Source: Chthonomonas calidirosea
GTDB taxonomy: Bacteria > Armatimonadota > Fimbriimonadia > Fimbriimonadales > Fimbriimonadaceae
Direction of reading: 5' to 3'
Length of the DNA: 27,454 nt
Assembly: GCA_945859975.1 (NCBI GenBank)
Contig: CAMAPH010000038.1
Span: 1 to 27,454 of the forward strand
In this document: in pieces, positions 26,152-27,454 of the stretch
Layout: each line of letters opens with the position of its first letter
Position numbering within the stretch: position 1 is the stretch's first letter
The notes under the pieces: model-generated
The model's input: only the letters and a program-made list of their open reading frames with translations
What the model was told of the DNA's origin: nothing
Databases searched by the model: none
Made by a program: the position numbers and the translations under genes

Positions 26152-26557
26152 CTAGCTTCGAATATACCTCCGCTTCGTTCGCCGGCCGAACCGACACCCA
26201 GACAAAGAGCGCCCCGCTGCCAACGGCCAGATGATTTCGGAACCGATGCTCGGCCGGTAGATAGACCAATCGGAGACGACCAGGTGCAAGATCTGCGGTC
26301 ATGATCGCCAGCATGGGGTCCGAGTTTGTTGGGGTTACAAACACGGGCAAGCCTCGGCGATCGGAATCTGCGACCATCTTCCCGGCAAGATCGAGAACGC
26401 GAAATCTCACTTCCGACAACTTGGGGAGGATCGAAGGCTTCGCCCGGCTAACTTCGAAAACGACGATGTCTGGGCTTTTAAAGACAATGGACGGAAAGAT
26501 TGGCGCGACCACCCCTGGAACTAACGCTGCCAAAACTAAACCGAGATCCATACCCAT
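26069..26557 (-). CDS. Hypothetical protein
   Basis: Fills the phoU-wzm gap on the same strand as both neighbours; hydrophobic N-terminus; overlaps wzm by 83 nt; no family recognised. Confidence 0.45.
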   Translation of the reverse strand: MGMDLGLVLAALVPGVVAPIFPSIVFKSPDIVVFEVSRAKPSILPKLSEVRFRVLDLAGKMVADSDRRGLPVFVTPTNSDPMLAIMTADLAPGRLRLVYLPAEHRFRNHLAVGSGALFVWVSVRPANEAEVYSKLDEGGVARTLALPRASLYHRRARSANSL

Positions 26558-26595
26558 TCAAACGATGAGCAATGGCCAGATGGTGCAATTTAGCT

Positions 26596-27285
26596 TTAGC
26601 TTGTTGCTTCAGGCGGCGCAACGGAGTCTCGGAAGGTCCCGGTAACCATGTACTTCACTCGCTCCGAGATGTTCAGGGCGTGGTCGGCAATGCGCTCCAC
26701 GTGATGAATTGCCATGAGGAGCCAGCCGTCGGTGATGACATTCTCCTGGCTGAGTTTCATGTTCTCAAAGATTTGCCCGCGCAAGACGCGGTACATCTCG
26801 TCGACTTCGTCCTCAAGCTGGTTGACGCGTGCAATGAGCGCTGTATCGTGCTGGGAATATGCCTGAAGCGAGAGTCGAAGCATTTCCCGGGCGAGCGCAC
26901 CCATCCTCGGAATGTCCACCACGTCGGCATTTCCAAACTCTTTCTCGATCTTCATGCCGATCTTCGCGACGTCAACGGCTAGGTCGCCAATGCGCTCGAT
27001 ATCGGTGATGACCTTCAGTGCGGTGCCGATGATACGGAAATCACCCGCTAGTGGTTGCTGAAGGGCCATGAAGCGCAAGCATCGCGACTCGATGCTGAGA
27101 TCCTGCTCATCGATCTCATCGTCCTTGCGCAAAACTTCCATTGCCAAGTCGTTGTCGAGGCGAGTCAAACTATCGATCGCCATTTCGACCATGTGCTCCG
27201 CACGCGCGCCCATCTCAAGCAAATCGTGCTCAATAGCTCGAAGCTCTTCGGTGTATGCAGCGCGGACGAAACCAATGTTTTGCAT
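26596..27285 (-). CDS. phoU: Phosphate signalling complex protein PhoU
   Basis: Two PhoU repeats: DDEIDE..ALQQPLAGDFR..DIERIGD and EDEVDE..HVERIADHALNISE. Confidence 0.96.
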   Translation of the reverse strand: MQNIGFVRAAYTEELRAIEHDLLEMGARAEHMVEMAIDSLTRLDNDLAMEVLRKDDEIDEQDLSIESRCLRFMALQQPLAGDFRIIGTALKVITDIERIGDLAVDVAKIGMKIEKEFGNADVVDIPRMGALAREMLRLSLQAYSQHDTALIARVNQLEDEVDEMYRVLRGQIFENMKLSQENVITDGWLLMAIHHVERIADHALNISERVKYMVTGTFRDSVAPPEATS

Positions 27286-27454
27286 TCTGGGAGAATTTCC
27301 TAGAGATTAAGACGTTAGGAACTTGCGTTTTGTACTGGGAAATGGCAAAAGTACCTATGATCGCCATCGCGGGATTCAACGGGATCGGAACTAATGCAAA
27401 GCTCCTGCGCGTTTGGACATCTTCCCGCGAAGCGACAACCCGGGAATCTTGTTC

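Noticed and set aside
27342..27454. Open frames from ATG 27342 and a GGAAC-N18-CGTT ECF-like motif near the window end
   Set aside because: Truncated by the window edge, no recognisable protein, and atypical motif spacing.
1..27454. CRISPR arrays, IS elements, prophage genes, tRNA or rRNA
   Set aside because: No repeat-spacer periodicity, transposase or integrase motifs, or cloverleaf structures were seen by eye.

Overview
A gene-dense, moderately GC-rich bacterial chromosomal segment made mostly of housekeeping genes. Gene content and style suggest a diderm Terrabacteria lineage such as Armatimonadota; this is inference only. In order: 5'-truncated ispH, DCC-family oxidoreductase, RluA-family pseudouridine synthase, lipoprotein, leuS, two TPR membrane proteins, metX, three tandem PilT/PilU-type ATPases preceded by a membrane-anchored exported protein, a divergent Gre factor, a PadR-type regulator, secE-nusG, recJ, an ECF sigma / anti-sigma / HtrA-like PDZ protein operon, dtd, rel, kdsB, a lipoprotein, canonical greA, a GT2 glycosyltransferase, wzt/wzm, a hypothetical ORF and phoU. 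No mobile element, CRISPR array, tRNA or rRNA was seen. The most notable unexplained element is a ~170-nt minus-strand unit at 22252-22427. It has a -10 box, a perfect Shine-Dalgarno, a 13-codon ORF embedded in a three-way-junction RNA fold, and an intrinsic terminator directly upstream of kdsB-rel-dtd. Other points of interest are an HtrA-like protein whose catalytic His and Ser both appear replaced by Tyr inside a probably autoregulated ECF operon, a Gre paralog with an altered acidic tip, the PilT triplet, and repeated TANNNT boxes 6-12 nt upstream of start codons (leaderless-type architecture).
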